Shown here: positions 31,732 to 51,219 of the stretch, piece by piece
Layout: each line of letters starts with the position of its first letter
How positions within the stretch are numbered: the first letter of the stretch is position 1
Assembly: GCF_009914755.1 (NCBI RefSeq)
Contig: NC_060926.1
Direction: 5' to 3' (one strand)
DNA: 64,000 nt
Source of the DNA: the human T2T-CHM13v2.0 reference genome, Homo sapiens
The notes under the pieces: generated by a model
The model's input: only the letters and a program-made list of their open reading frames with translations
Told to the model about the DNA's origin: nothing
Databases searched by the model: none
Made by a program: the position numbers and the translations under genes

Positions 31732-32769
31732 GTGTATTTTGTTTGTTTGTTTGTTACTTGCAGCTGACCTATCCTAACTAGTACTCCCTGAAGTCTGCCT
31801 CAGCTCAGAAGCGTCCTTGGGTTCCAAGCCACAGGGGCTAAGCTTGAGTGCGGGTGGGGTCTGCAGCAGGGTGGTGGGAGGGATAAGCACATAAAGGCCC
31901 ACACATTGATCTGCCCTTTCTATGGTCCAGGTCGTGCTTTCCTGCAATATCTTCTCATCATGGGCCTAGCAATCATGATGGGAAGGCCCCACTTTAAGAG
32001 AATGCTTTCAGCATTTCCAGGCGGTCCCTGCTTGCCCTCAACACTACATGTAGGCCTCAGCTTCCACACCTAGCATGTTTGTTAAGCAAGACTAAGCCAC
32101 ATGAAGCAACAGGGCAAGGGGAGGGCCCTTGTGTTCTCAGGGTCCCACGGCAGAAGTGTGGTTCCGGGAGAAATGGGGGAGTGTGCCCTTCCCTGAACAA
32201 GCATATTCCCTCAGTGTGGAGGAGCCCCTCCAAAATTTACAAGTGCTGTGATGACACGATGCTCATTCAGACCACCGGCTGCAGACAGATTGCAGAAATA
32301 CGTAAGGGCTCTGTCCTTGGAGGTAGGATCTGGTTGCTCCTTGTTCCCTAAGCTTGGCCCTGAAGGGAGGGCAGGATTCCAGCCAGAGTGAATGAAGAGT
32401 GAGGCTTTGGGGAAGGGCTCAGATTGCCCCTCGTGCTTGTGTTCAGATTCCTGCTGATTGGTTGTTCCCCAGGGAGACGAGGCTTCAAGGCCAGGTCTCT
32501 GCTCTGAGTTAACTTCACCACCCTGCACCTTGGTGGCAGTAAGAGAGTGACCTCAAAGGGCCGCTGAGAGAATTGAGGTGGATGCCTGTACAGCTCTAGG
32601 TATGGCACCCATTCCGGCCCCCTGGCAAGCTCTTACTACGGTTGCAGGTGTAATTTCCAGTCTCTGCCTCCAGGGATTGCTGCTGAGCACAGACACGTTT
32701 CTCTGCTCACAGAGTGAGGCCGCCAAGATGATTCTCAGATCTCTGGTTCTGTATACAGCCCAGATAGCC

Positions 32770-33225
32770 TGTGAAAGGGGGAATGATAACTCCCAAAGAT
32801 GTCCACGTCCTAACCTCCAGAACTAGTGAATGGGATGTTGGCAGAAGAGACTCTGTGGATGAGATTACTTCAAAGATTTGCGACGGGGAGACTATTGTGG
32901 GTTATCTGTGTGGATACGCAATGTCATCACAAAGTGTCCTTATAGATGAAGAGGGAGGCAGAGGAGATTCGACTACAGAAGAGAAGGTGATGTGACCGTG
33001 GAGGCAGAGATTGGAGTGATGTGCCCACAATTCACAATGCCAGCAGCCACCAAAGAGGCAAGGAATGGATTCTCCTCTAGGGCTTCTACCAAGGGTCCTG
33101 GCAACACCTCAGTTTTAGTCCAGGAAGACTCGTTTTGGATTTGTGACCTCCAGAACTATGAGAGAATACATCTGTGTTGTTTGAAGCTGCCAGGTTTGCA
33201 GTAGTGTGTTAGAGCAGCGTGGAAA
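32770..33225 (+). mobile_element. MLT1C/D LTR
   Basis: cccaaagatgtccacgtcctaac...gaggcagagattggagtgatg...ttctcctctag. Confidence 0.75.
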
Positions 33226-33269
33226 ATCCATTGAGTCCCATTGCCCTGCTTTTTATGCCTTGTACAAAA

Positions 33270-34065
<796 letters not shown>

Positions 34066-34622
34066 AAAAACAAAAAACAAAAGCAGAAAAGAGGGCAAAT
34101 GAGAGTCGGGGACTGTGATCTCATTTTGCCCAGGATGAAGCTGGGTGACCCGGGTACAGAGCAAGCCCCTTGGCTTCTTGAGCTCCCATGTGCAGAGTGA
34201 GGGGCGGATGCAGGGGCAGGGTGTGACTTTGATGAACATTCCCTCCAGGTGGCTCTGCCCTCGGCCCCCTCTCAGGATTGTTTGTAGCTCTTTGCCTCTT
34301 CTTGGCCATTTGGAGTTTTCAGGGGCCCTACTAGGTCCTCTTGACTTCTCACTTTGCTCTCCTTGGTGGTCTAATTCATGGCCAAGGGCCTACCTGCCGT
34401 CCAGACACTGCTTTTCAACCTGACCTCTCAGCTCCAGGCTGGTTATTTCCAACAGCCTACTTGGGTGTCTCAAAGGCACTTTACACTCAATGTGTCCAAC
34501 ACTGAACTCAAGGCTCCCGGCATCGCCAGTTATCCCTCCACATTTCCAACCCTATGGATTGCACTAGCGTCTGTCCATTATGCAGGCCAGGCTGCAAAGG
34601 CTGTCTCAACGCTGCCCTTATG

Positions 34623-35253
34623 CTGTCGGGGCTTAGAACATGACACCCCAAAGCATGGTGCCTCAGCCTGAGTATTTTGAACTGAAGGACATTGGAAGGA
34701 ACTCAGAAGCAAGGTCTTTCCAACCTTCTCCTCATACCCTCTCTTCTGCTTGCCTTCATCCTCCAAAGTGAGTCACAGAAACCAGAATTTATCTTCCTCA
34801 AGATGGGTCATAGAACCTAGAAACCCTCCTGCTAAAGCAAACCATAAAACCTAGAAAGGTCACTCTCTATCTTCTCCTTCTCCTTTGAAAACTCTCATTT
34901 CAGAAAGGGTCCTGCCCCATACCCAGGAGGAATGGAGGCTACACAGAGAGGCTGAGAAGAATCTGAGCAGACAGTTTTGCTGGGTCCCCTTTCAGTCTGT
35001 TCCCAGTAGGTCATACCCGTTTGTCCAATCACATTTCTATCTGGCTGTCCATTCTTCATCTAATCTAAGCATAAAAATTAACAGTTTTCCCTGGGCCTTT
35101 GGGTTGTCATTTCTGAAGCCTCCCATGTCACATAAAACTTGGATTAAATAAATTTGCTCTGTTTTTCTCTTGTTAATATGTCTTTTGTTATAGGAGTGTT
35201 GGCCGTGACCCTTGAGATGGATAAGTAAAGGACTCACACCTTCACAGCCCTAC
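34623..35253 (+). mobile_element. Solo ERV1 LTR (MER31/MER4-group-like) inserted in an L2
   Basis: TGtcggggcttagaacatgacaccccaaa...aataaatttg...ccctaCA. Confidence 0.7.
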
Positions 35254-36021
35254 AGCCCCATCTCCAATAAGTAGCCACACCTGCCACTTCTACCCACAAA
35301 TACCTGGATTCTGCTCATCTCTTCCCATTGTCATTGCTACCACTCAATTCCCTGTCACCGTCATCTCCTGATGGGTCTTCTGGAGCAGCTTCCTCACTCA
35401 TCTCTCCAGTTCATCCCTTGCTTCTACCAGTCTGTCCTTGCTATGGTAAAACGGGCATTTGAGAAAGGCAATTACACGGTTACCCCTCCCCTGCTCAGCA
35501 CTCTCCAATTTGATGGACACCAAAATCCTTGCCTTGGTCCCCTTGGTCCTGCGTGCCCTCCTCTCTGGCCTCATCTCAAGCCACTGCCCTCGTGCTGCAC
35601 TCTTCCTCTGTAATCCACACTGCTGGCTTCTTTTCCTTGAATGTGCTATGCTCCCTCCTGCTGCAGGAGGGCCTTGCACTTGCTGCTTCCTCTTCTTTCT
35701 TCTAGTGAATTCCTATTCCTCCTTCAGCTCTCCATTCAAGCCAGTGCCTCAGGGAAGTCTTCCCTCACCTCTAGACCAGGTCTGGTGTCCCTGCCATGAA
35801 GCCTCATAACACCATCCAGCTTTCCTTCCTTGCATCTGTCATAGCTTTTGATCATACAATGATGTGTGGGACTTTCTGAATAGTGGTCCCTCTTTACCAA
35901 TTAACTGTGAGCCTCAAGAGGAAGGAATAATGTCTGTTTGCTCCTCCTCTGTATCCCTAGTGGTGGTAGAAGAGGAGGTCAATAATTATCCTCAAATGAA
36001 CTAAAATGAATGGATGCTTAG

Positions 36022-36320
36022 ATTTTTTTTTTTTGAGACAGGGTCTTGCTCTGTTGCCCAGATGTGATGATCATGGTTCACTGCAGCCTCAACCCCTGGG
36101 GCTCAAGTGATCCTCCCACCTCAGCCTCCCAGGTAGCTGGAACTACATGCATCCACCTCTATGCCTGGCTAATTTTTGTATTTTATTTTATTTTATTTTT
36201 TTAGAGATGGGCTATTTTTACGTTGCCCAGACTCGTCTCGAACACCTGGGCTAAAGCAATCTGCCCACCTCGGCCTCCCAAAGTACTGGGATTACAGGCA
36301 GGAGCCACTGTATCTGGCCC
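36022..36320 (-). mobile_element. AluJ
   Basis: Diverged Alu. Confidence 0.85.
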
Positions 36321-38549
36321 AATGCTTAAGATCTTTTGAGACAAAAAGGAGGAAGTGGGAGATAGTTTCAATACCACAGGAAGCTCAGAAAAAAAAAAAC
36401 ACCCCCCAACCCCCCCAAAAAACATACATGTATTTATTTGATATTTGGCTGTGCAGGTTAAAAAGTTATTTATTTATTTATTTGCTTTTGGAAAAACTCG
36501 AGTCAGCTTGATGAGGTCACTTTTTCCTGCTACTCCTTCTTATTTGGGGAGTAAAGGGACTTCCATGATCTGGATGGATGATTGTGATGAGGAGGTTACC
36601 GGGATTGCCCTGAGAGAATGGACTGTGAGCTTTCAGGGATGGAAGCTGCATCTTCATCTCTATAATCCCTTGTTTGGCACAGTGTCAGCCTGAGAAGATG
36701 CTTGGCGGCAAATATGAATTATGGCACACACTGTTAATTTCTTATCCATGAGCAGTTCCTTTGCTTGCTAACAGAAAATCCTGATTTTGCTTGGATAAAC
36801 AAAGTGTCCAGTGTCAGGTGATGACTCAAGGTTGGTTTAAGCCAGGCTGGGGCCTTTTGTTCCTTTTTGCCTGATACTTGAAAGAGTTTACAGTAGGGAC
36901 TGTCCTGTGGTCCACTTCTGGATAATGAGACATAAGGAGAAGTCTGCTGTGTCCTTCTAAGAAGATTTTCTTCACTGGTTAAAGGCGAGAGACACATCAA
37001 GAAAAGCCCCCTTTGACATAGCTTCCTCCATCTTGTTCCTGGAGTCTGAACTTGGTCATGATGGCTGGAGCTATAACAGCCATCCTGTGATCATGAAGCT
37101 CCAAGGGTATAAAGCAGTAATATTCAGGAAGGTGGAGCCTTTGGACAAAATGATAAAAGGAATCTGGGGCCTCAGCTACATCACTGAGCCTTTTCAAGTC
37201 CTTGCCTTCTTCCTCTTAAATCCTGTTATGTTACATAACTAAATGTCTTTATTGCAAAAGCCACAAGTAGTCAGGCTTTCTGTTATTCACAGCTGAAAGC
37301 ATTTCTCTTATTTTCAAATAATTTCAGACTTATAGAAGAATTAATTGTAAGGCAAAGAACTTTCATGCCCTTCACCCACCTTCACCAATTGTTATTTGCC
37401 ACATTTACTTTCTCCATCTATATAGTCTATTCTACTCTATTATCTTTCCCTGAACCATTTGAAATTCAGTTGCAGGCATCCTTCTCCTCTCCCTTAAACA
37501 TTTCAGAACATATTCCATCAGAACAAGAAGACTCTAGTGCTCAAGTTCGGGGAATTTGAGGTTGATGCCATACAATCGTGTAGTCCTTGATAATTGTCTA
37601 ATATACAGTTCACTTAAAATTTCGCCAACAGTCCCAATAATGCCCTTTAAGGCACGTTTCCCCTGATCCAGCTGTCATACCTTTTTAGTCTCCCTTAATC
37701 TGGAACAGTTCCTCTGCCTCTTTTTGTCTATCATGGGGTTGACACCGAAGAACAGTTCAGGTCAGTCCTTGAAGGTCCCTCCATCTGTGTTTGTCTGATG
37801 TTTCCTCCAGGGACCGGAATGCTACAGAAGCAATGCTGTGTTCTCAGTGTATCACATCAAGAGACACTTGGCACCCATTTGTCCTATTCCTGGTGTTGTT
37901 AACTTTGTTCAGCTCATTAAGGGAGGACCTGCTGGGTTTCTCTACTGTTAAGTTACCACTTTTTCTCTTTGCAATTAATAAACCATATGAGTGGAAGTGC
38001 TATGAGACAATGAAAACATACTTTACCTTCTTAAATTTTCACTCAGTGATGATTCTTCCTTGAATAAACTATTATGATCATGTTTGCAAATGGAGTTTTC
38101 TATTATTCCCTCTGTATTTATTCATTGGCATTCTACCGTAAGAAAGTCTTCTTCCTTCTTCCCTCCCTCCATCCCTCCCTCCCTCTCTTCTTCTTTCTTT
38201 TCTTCCTTCCCTTTTCTTTCTTTCTATAGTTATAGGTTCTCATTTTATTCAATAGACTATAATCTACCATTATCATTATTAATTTGGATGCTCACATCAT
38301 CCCAGATTTGGCCAGTGGAAGCCCCTTGAAGTTGATTGATGTGTCCTTTGACATGTCCCTGTCATTTTTTAAATGCTTCCTTGCTTTCTGGCACCACACA
38401 GCACTCTGGGCTCACCTTGTACTTCCCTACCCCAGCCTTAGCATCAGCCATTTCTACAAGGAGCTCTGAGTCCTTTTAGTGAAGGGTGGTATTTATAAAC
38501 CACAATCTGGATGGTTTGTGGATATTGCACAGCATTCAGTCAGAAGCCA

Positions 38550-38885
38550 TGGGAAATGAAGCGACATTTATTGAAACTTGTATTAGTCAAGCAACTTAAT
38601 GCTAGGCTAAGTTGCAGTGAGTAATAATCCCTAACCCCAGTGACAGTGCAGAAAAAGAAGGGTTTCATATGTGGAGTGTGATGCATGTCAATGGGAGTTT
38701 CCTCCACCTGGTGACTCAGGTATCCAGGCACATTCATCTCTGCAGGTCTGCCATCTTGACACGAGGTCATTGCAGAAGGAGAGAGGGTGTAGAGTCATGC
38801 CAGTTCTTAGGTGCTCCTGACAAGGAGATCTGCAGCACTCTGCTCACATTCCTGTTTTCCAGAACTCAGCCAGTACCCAGTGCAA
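38550..38885 (-). ncRNA. Candidate terminal exon of the LSP1-pseudogene transcript, MLT1-LTR derived
   Basis: Minus-strand acceptor ctctctatgcttcccaaactctttggcag|TTGCAC at 38885 (alternative AG at 38851); AATAAA on minus at 38567-38572. Confidence 0.4.
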
Positions 38886-41258
38886 CTGCCAAAGAGTTTG
38901 GGAAGCATAGAGAGTACACGGATAGCTGGAGATCCTTCATCACTACTGTCATATGTTCATTTATGCAATACATATCAATGGGTTCACCCCAGTCAGGCTG
39001 ACTCCAAGAGGCTAAGATGACTTCACCTTGGGTGGTTTGCAGCTGGGAAAGAAAGGCAAGTCGGCACTGATCGAACAGATCATTCACTTCAGTGGGCTGT
39101 CGAGCTGTGCTAGAGGCAGGTGCAGTGTGCTGCAGAAATACAGATGGTGACTACTACCCTGGAGTCTTGGGGAGATCCTGGTGTGCATTGGTGTGGGGTT
39201 GGAAAGGTGAGTTGGCACTCACCCCCTTCAAGAAGAAGTGGGAAGGACATTTCAGGCAGGGGCAAGTGCAAAGGCACAGGGCCTGAAAGAACTAGGCTGG
39301 GAGAAGAGGATGGCATTGGAATGGGTGGGAGAGGGGTCTGCTGGGGAAAGCTGGGGAGGCAAGAGACGAGGCTGGACAAGCAGATTGTGAAGGGCCACAC
39401 TGAGGAGCTGGGGATTAGTACATTAATTTTTATTAATTGGATTAATGATTAATAATGTGGGTTGCAGGGAATCATAGGGAGTGTGAAGAACACTGTGGTT
39501 GTGTTTTAGGAGGATTGCCTTGGTGGTAGAGCGTTGGATGGAGGAGATAGGAGTGGGGGTGAACACATCAACACAGAGAGACCTGCCCAAAGGCTCTGGC
39601 AGCCATGCAAGCAAAAAGCGTCGAGGACCTGAATTAGGAGGTGGCACTGGGGATGGATAGAAGGGGTTGGCTGGTGGAGCCATTTTGAGATAATGAATCA
39701 ATAATAGCTTCCATCTATTGTGGATTGTCAAGATGTATTATTGGCTCACAATCCTTCCTGGCCTTCTCACATTCCTGCGACTTCCCTGTGGACAGGACAG
39801 AGCAGATTTCTTGCTGTGCACATGACCAGCTTTGGCTAGAGATGCATGAGCAGAGTTAGTGCATGCCTGGTCTGACTGGAGGCTCTAACTGAATGTGGTG
39901 TTGGGTGGCAGCACTGACCCCACCCCTGCACAATGAGAAGAGCAAGCTCCAGGGAACCACCGGCCTGTGAATGAGACACACAGAAGCAAACAGAGCCTGG
40001 CCCCCAGTCCGAGGCAAGGCTTCCCAGCTCACTGCAAATTATTAGCAAGAAATAAACACTTGTTTTGAGCTGCTGAGCCCCTGGGGCTGTGTGTTATGCA
40101 GCAATGCTGTAAAAACACTTGACCAATACAGGGACTTGCCCTTTCGTAAGTACAGCATCTCATTTACCCATGATATCTCTTCATAGTAAGGATTAGGGAT
40201 GCCATTTTAAAGATGAGGCAACTGAGGCTTAGAGAGGTTACGTCACTTGCTTAAGGTTCCAGAGCTGGTAAGTCAGAGAAGGATTTGAAGCCAGGACTGT
40301 CTCGTAAGCCCATCCTTCTGCCTCTGTCTACACAGTGCTGCCTTTCAAAGGTGGCAAGCTCCTGAGTTAGCCATTTTAACCTGCCAGAAACCTCCTTGCT
40401 CCTGAACTGGGGAGAGGGACTGAGCTTTGGATTTCAAGAGGAGGATCTAGGGCCACCATCAGGGGTCCTGTGCTTGAGGTGATGTGGCTGGCTCATCACC
40501 TGAGCTTTTCCACCTGCCCCTCCCCATCCCCTCCCCTCTACCCTGCTCCCTGCCCTGTGCCAAGCTGAGCACATTGGCAGGGCTGGTGGCTGGGAGCTCA
40601 GCGTGTATCCTGTAGCCACAGAACAGAGCTTTTGTTGCTGTAATACAGAGTTCAGTCTTGATATCAGCAGTGGGTGCAGTAAAATCCCACCGATTTTCTT
40701 ATCAAGTTTTCCATTTGTGTCAGTGAAGCAAATCCAATTTAAAATACATCTTCAGAAAAAGGAGGGTCAGTGAGTTCAAACAGAAGAATATTTGCTAACT
40801 GGATCAGGAAACCTTGCTCTGTGCTAAACTGTTTGAGGAAAATCCTCTTAGCACAATTTTGCAGGAGCCAGGCATGTGAAAGGATCATTTCCTCACTATC
40901 ATCCCCTGAGATCAGGGCTCTGGCTGGATGAAATGAGGCAGGAGTTTATTAGCTGCTTAGCTGATTAGAGCCTGTGCTGATGAGGCTGAGGTCTGACAAG
41001 TCAACATCAGAGAGAGATCTTGGTTTCCAGTAGTTTTTAATTCTGCCCAACTCTTTGTGGGAAAGAGCCTGGGTAAGACAGGACACCAACTACTTGCTCA
41101 AAACCACCATCCCCACCAGACAAGCAGCTCATGGAACCCTCCCTGGGAAAGACTGAAGGCTGTGGAGACCTAGCTGCATATTATATTATATTTTGCATTA
41201 TAAGGTCTTATCGATACAGAGAAAACTCTCAATTTCAAAAAATGATGAGAAACTCAGT

Positions 41259-41553
41259 CTTTTTTTTTTTTAGATAGTCTTGCTCTGTCTCATCTCCCAG
41301 GCTGGAGTGCAGTGGCACAATCTCAGCTCACTGTAACCTCTGCCTCCTGGTTCAAGTTATTCTTCTCCCTCAGCCTCCCGAGTAGCTGGGATTACAGGTG
41401 TCTGCCACCTCACCCAGCTAATTTTTGTATTTTTAGTAGAGATGGGGTTTTGCCATGTTGGTCAGGCTGGTTTGAGCTCCTGACCTCAGGTGATCTACCC
41501 ACCTCAGCCCCTAAAGTGCTGGGATTAAAGGCGTGAGCCACCACACCTGGCCA
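41259..41553 (-). mobile_element. AluS
   Basis: Full Alu; TSD aaaaatga(t/a)gagaaactcagt. Confidence 0.92.
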
Positions 41554-42723
41554 AAAAATGAAGAGAAACTCAGTGTTTTGGATAACAGGGAGAATGTTTA
41601 GTGTTCTAAAAATGTATCCTTTCACAGGTAAAGCTTCTTGCCTCTGAACCTTTGCCAGTGCTGTTCCGTCTGCTAGGGTTGTACTTCCACCCTGCATGCT
41701 GGTGAATTCCACTTTGCCCTCCAGCCCAAGCATCATATTTTCCAGACAGCCATTTGCCGTGCTGCCCACCAAACAGGCTGTCCCTTGTTCTCATGCCACT
41801 GCTGAACATTGTTTATTCCTTGTGCTAGGCAGGGCTTTGTCAGTTGTAACAACTGAAACTCCACTTAGACATGTTTCAGCTAAAGGGTGACTTATTGATT
41901 TTTATAACTGCAAAGACCATGGTATGCCTGAATTTTGAGGTTCAAGTAAGTTATTTTCTCTCTCTCTCTCTCTCTCTCCTCTTCCTCTCCTCCTTCTCAT
42001 TTTCCTTCTCTTTTTCTTTCCTCTCCTCCTTCCCTCCGTTCTTCTTTTCCTTCTTTTTCTCTTTCTTCCTCTCTCCTTACTTTTTTCTCTTTCTCTCCCT
42101 TTAATTTGCTCTATTCTCTATATGGGCCTCATTCCTTCTACTACAAATAAGGAAAATGACCACCTGGAAACCCAAGGCCCACCACATCCCAGCAGAGCCA
42201 CCCCAGCTGAAAGAAACCCAGCTTCTCCCTCAAGCATCTACACATCAATCCAGGCCAGAACTCCATCTGACCCTTGTGAGACATGCTTCCACACCTCGGT
42301 GGACCACTGAGGCTCGGGAATTCAGCATAATGATGGGCACTTCTGGGGTCATGGGCCTTCCCTGTAGCTAAGGTGACAAAAGGACAGACTGGTCTGGAAT
42401 GTCCATGCCAGCTGGCTTACATGCCCAGCCATTGATGCTGGCTGTTTTCTGGGAGCTCAGTTGTGCTCTAGACCAGAAAACCTCCATGTGGCCTCTCCAC
42501 ATGACCCTCATTTCTCAGCATGGTGGCTGCGGCCCAACGGGGAGACTCTCATGAGCAAAGATTCCAAAAGACCAAAGTGGCAGCTACGAGCCTCCTCATG
42601 GCTGAGCCTCAGCCCCCATGCAGCATCAGAGCCACTGCAGTCTTGGCTTCCCAGGAGGCCAGCCCAGAAGCAGCAAGAAAGGGGACCTGGAAACCAGGAG
42701 GTTTGGTTCGAGGGAAGGCCCTC

Positions 42724-43122
42724 TGATATAATTTGGATATTTATCTCCACCCAGATTTCAAGTTAAATTGCAGTCTCCAGTGCTGGAGTTGGGGCATGGT
42801 GGGAGTTGTTTTGACCATGGGGGTAGATCCCTCATGGCTTGCTGCTGTCTTTGAGATAGTGAGTTCTTGTGAGATCTGGTTATTTAAAAGTGTGTGGCAT
42901 GTCCCTCCCCACACCCACTGACTCTCTCTTGCTTGTTCCTGCTTTGGCCACGTGATGTGCCTGCTCATGATTGTAAGCTTCCTAGGCCACCTTAGAAGCC
43001 AAGCAGATGCCAGCACCATGCTTCTTGTGAAGCCCGCAGAACAATGAGCCAATACAAATCTTTTCTTTATAAATTAACTTATCTCAGATATTTCTTTATA
43101 GCAACGCAAGAATGGCCTAATA
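42724..43122 (+). mobile_element. MST (MaLR) solo LTR
   Basis: tgatataatttggat...gcagatgccagcaccatgcttc...tttatagcaacgcaagaatggcctaatac. Confidence 0.85.
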
Positions 43123-45424
43123 CGCCATCTTTGGAGACTAGCTGGCACATGGGCCTTCTCCATCTGTAGCTACACTTCTAGAACAGACATGGCTTCCAAG
43201 GCCACTGCAGCAGCTGGAGGAAGAGCTCAGGGTCCTGTGGGATGTTCCTCAGGCTCAGATCTGTGGTTCCACCCACATTCTATTGGCCATAATCTCGCTC
43301 CCTAGCCTCCACTTGACAGCACGGAACCTAAGGGAAGGGATCTGCTGAGGACAATCTCTGCCACAAGGAGCAAGTGAAAGCAAGTAGAGAGGAAGCCAAG
43401 ACTGATGCCCAAGTGGGAGAGGTGCTGAGGAGAGAGGTCTTTTTTTTTTTTTTTTGACAGAGTTCTGAATGTTTCAGAGTAGTCCAAGTGCACCCAAAAG
43501 CACAATAATTAAATGAGGGGCAGGAGAGTGGTTTAGAAGAAGATTGTTTTTCTGGATTCAGCTCCAACAAAGTTTGTCCTGCAGGTCTTGGTGCTGTGCC
43601 ATGGTCCTTCTCGCCAATAATATTCAGCCTGGATACCCCGCTGTGGCTCTACCAGGGAGGAAAATATTTTCCTGCCACTGCCCTGAGCCTCCTGACTGAC
43701 CCCAGCTGCCTTGCACATCCCAGCTTTTGGGACTACCCCAGACCTCCCTATAACCAGCAATCAGAGGCTGGCACAGCAAGGGTGCTTTGGAACCCTGCCT
43801 GGTGCTCCAGGGTGACAGGCAGCACCTGCTGTCATTGGTCAGTGTCTGTGCAGTATTTGCTAGAGTTTTGTGGATCTCAGCCTTGAAATCTGTGTCTTTC
43901 TACAGTCAAAGGATCTGAGTTGGGAGAAGGCACCTAGATATGCTCCACCATAGCGTTCTGGTGTTTCCTGTCATCTCTGAAGCCTCTGAGCTCTTATAAC
44001 GGGGGCTTAAAGATGGTAGCATTGAGATATGAAGGCTTGTAGTTGTTGTCCAGTTCAGGGGACTTTAACTCCAGGTATCTGGAACTTAGAATAAATCCTC
44101 ATGCCCTCACCATGGCAACAGGGCTCACCTCCTCTGTCTCATACCTCTCCCTCCCTTGGCCACTATTGCTACAGATATCCTGACCCTTTTACCTCTTTAT
44201 CAAATAAGCCCACTCTGCCCCAGGGCCTTTGCATGGGCTTACTTTCCTCCAAGAATAATTTACTCCTGATATTTGCCTGACTAAATCCTTCTCACCTTTC
44301 TGATTGCAAAGAGGCTTCCTTGACAACTCATTCTGAAGCAGCTTTTCCCTCCAGTCTAGCTACTTTCTCTTTCGTTATTCTGTTTGATTTTATTTACAGC
44401 ACTTAGCGCTGTATGACACTGTTTATTTTGAAATTGTTTATTTCTCTCTCCTCAATAATATAAGCCCAAAAAAGACAATGAATATGTTTTTGATTCTGTT
44501 TCTATCCCCTGGCCCTAGAATAGGGTCTGGGAGATAGTTGCAGCAGAATCCCTAGCTGAAATGGCAATCTTGTGCTAACTGGAAGAAAAGAGCTCCCTTG
44601 CCCCCATCCCTGTTTTTTTTTTTTTTTTTTTTTTAGATGGAATCTCCCTCTGTTACCCAGGCTGGAGTGCAGTGGTGTGATTTCGAAGAGAGCCCTTTCT
44701 TGATATACTTTGTCATCTTCTGCTAGAAGTTTTTTATACTCATTATACAAACCCACCCTATCTGTGATGTACACACCCTGTATGGCCCTGCTTCCACCCC
44801 AGCAAAAATGCTTGTGGAATGAATGAATGGATTGGTGGAAGTCAGGGGGACTGGAACATCTGCAAACAAATGTCAGTGTGTGTGGCCAGTGTCTGTGCAC
44901 CTTTCTTGATTGACTGAATCTTCTGTGCATTGATTTCATGGTATTGGGCACAGAATCCCCTTTTTTGCTCATTACCAACAAAGATTTGTCAAGCACCCAC
45001 TCACTGTGTTCACTTGGGGAATTCAGACATGAACAAGACACAATTTCTTGATTTAAGAAGCTGAGATTCTAGAAGGCCAGGCAGTGATGTGAAAGATGGT
45101 GCATTCCAGGGTCATAACGGCTGCACTAGGAGCCAGCCCAGGGCTCTCCTGGAGCATAGGACACCTGTTCAGTGCAGAGGACTCAGTAAGTCTTTCTGGA
45201 GAAGTGATTGAGCTGGCTCTGCAGGATGGAGAGGTTTGAAAATTGCTAAGTGCTTTGTACAACTTATAAAAATCCACGTTGCCCAGTTTCCAAGCAGTCT
45301 CATGTTCAGTAGACAAAAGGCAATTTTCAAACTGAAATTCTTTACTTGCATTTCTATTTCTATTTTCCTTCCTTCCTTCCTTTCTTCCTTCCTTCCTTCC
45401 TTCTTTCCTTCCCCCACCCCACCC

Positions 45425-47490
<2,066 letters not shown>

Positions 47491-48253
47491 ATGCATATCT
47501 CCTTTATGTAACTTAACAACATCTGCAACGTTTGTTTGTGTGAGTTTTTTTATTCTGCCTGCATTTGTGTATGTGAGTCTTTTCCTATGGATTTTTCCCA
47601 CCATGGCTGTAAGCACCATGAGAGTGAGGAAAATAGCTGTTTTGCTTTATCATATTTTCTCTGGTGCCTAACAAAGTACCTGGAACACAAGAGAGTCACT
47701 AATGGGATAAATACATGCATTAATGGGATTTGTCAATGAAGGGAAAAATTTAGTGCATTAGCTTGAATGAGGAGGTGGGTCCTACTGGCCTCTTGGGTAG
47801 AGGCCAGGGCTGCCACTAAACATTCTACAATATACAGGACAGCCTCCCACACCAAAAACTATACAGCTTAAAATGTCGATAGTGCTGAGGTTGAGAAATC
47901 CTGGTTTGACATATTATTCCTGTGTTAAAATTAATATATGTAAAATAATTTCCTCAGTTGTTAACATGGCATTTTTATCAAGCAATTTTGTTTTCTCTGA
48001 AATATACCTCAGATTGTTTTTAGTTTTTCCAGAGGAAACTTTATTCATCTTTTACTAGAGAAAAGAATATGGCAAACAGTGAATCTGTGTTTCAGGAAGG
48101 GTAACGTCGTTTTTCTTTTAATTTCCCTTTTGAAGCTCTCGGGGTGCTACCAACATCTTGGAAATCTGGATAATTTGAGTATTACTAAGGGAATAGTTTC
48201 ATTCTACATGCTACAAATGTTTAATCATTTTATTTATCTAAAGCTCCTTTCTT

Positions 48254-50418
<2,165 letters not shown>

Positions 50419-50474
50419 AGCTCTTTATAGTTTAAGAGGAAGGATAAACCTTAAGAGATCACAACACTATATTT

Positions 50475-51002
50475 GTGTCAGGGATCCACAAGACTGCCTC
50501 CATGTTTGGAGATTTGCTAGAAGGACTCATGGGATCAGCTTAGGGTTGTAATGGCTAAGATTTATTACTGTAACATAGTATGGATATATAGTAGAAAGAT
50601 CTCAATGGCAAAAGACACTGACAGAGTCTGGAAAAATCCATGTACCGGCTTCCTTATGTGCTGTGCCTTCCATGAGGATCACACAGACTACCTTCTTTCC
50701 CCCTTAATGAAAATACAACAACCTATGTGACTTCCCAAGAAACACAGTTTTTATCTTGGCTGGTCACATATGTGTACTCTGCCTAGCATGTGTGAAATTT
50801 CCAGACTCACAAAAAGAATAGCAGGATAAGCCACATTATTTCCATAGTCTAGATACAGTAAACCATGATTACCAGTTAGGGAACCCTCTTGAAATTCAAG
50901 TCCTCAGAAGCCAGCCTAGGACCAACTGTGCAGACAGACAGACCCTCCTTCACAGGATAATATAATAGTCTCAGATCTGCGTTGTTAATTTTTGTTTGCA
51001 TA
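50475..51002 (-). mobile_element. MER21-type LTR
   Basis: tgtcagggatccacaagac...gctagaaggactca...ggctggtcacata. Confidence 0.65.
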
Positions 51003-51219
51003 GAGTTTTATAATTGGAAGGTGTCTCAAATGCTACATATTTCTGTCTAATGGACTTTAGTAAGAGTGTTGTATAGTATACAACATGGAATTATTCTCCA
51101 TTATTGGCAGGCTGTGATAAGTGTTCTAATGTTTATACAAAAGAACTCTGTAACTTTGAGCAGAGTAAAGAGAGTGTTAACGATACTTTTGACTGCAAAT
51201 AGTGGAAAAATGTTGTGTT

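Noticed and set aside
51004-51059. Additional AG-GT micro-exon candidate
   Set aside because: Its acceptor comes from the end of a MER21-type LTR, and joining it to the next candidate creates a TAA.
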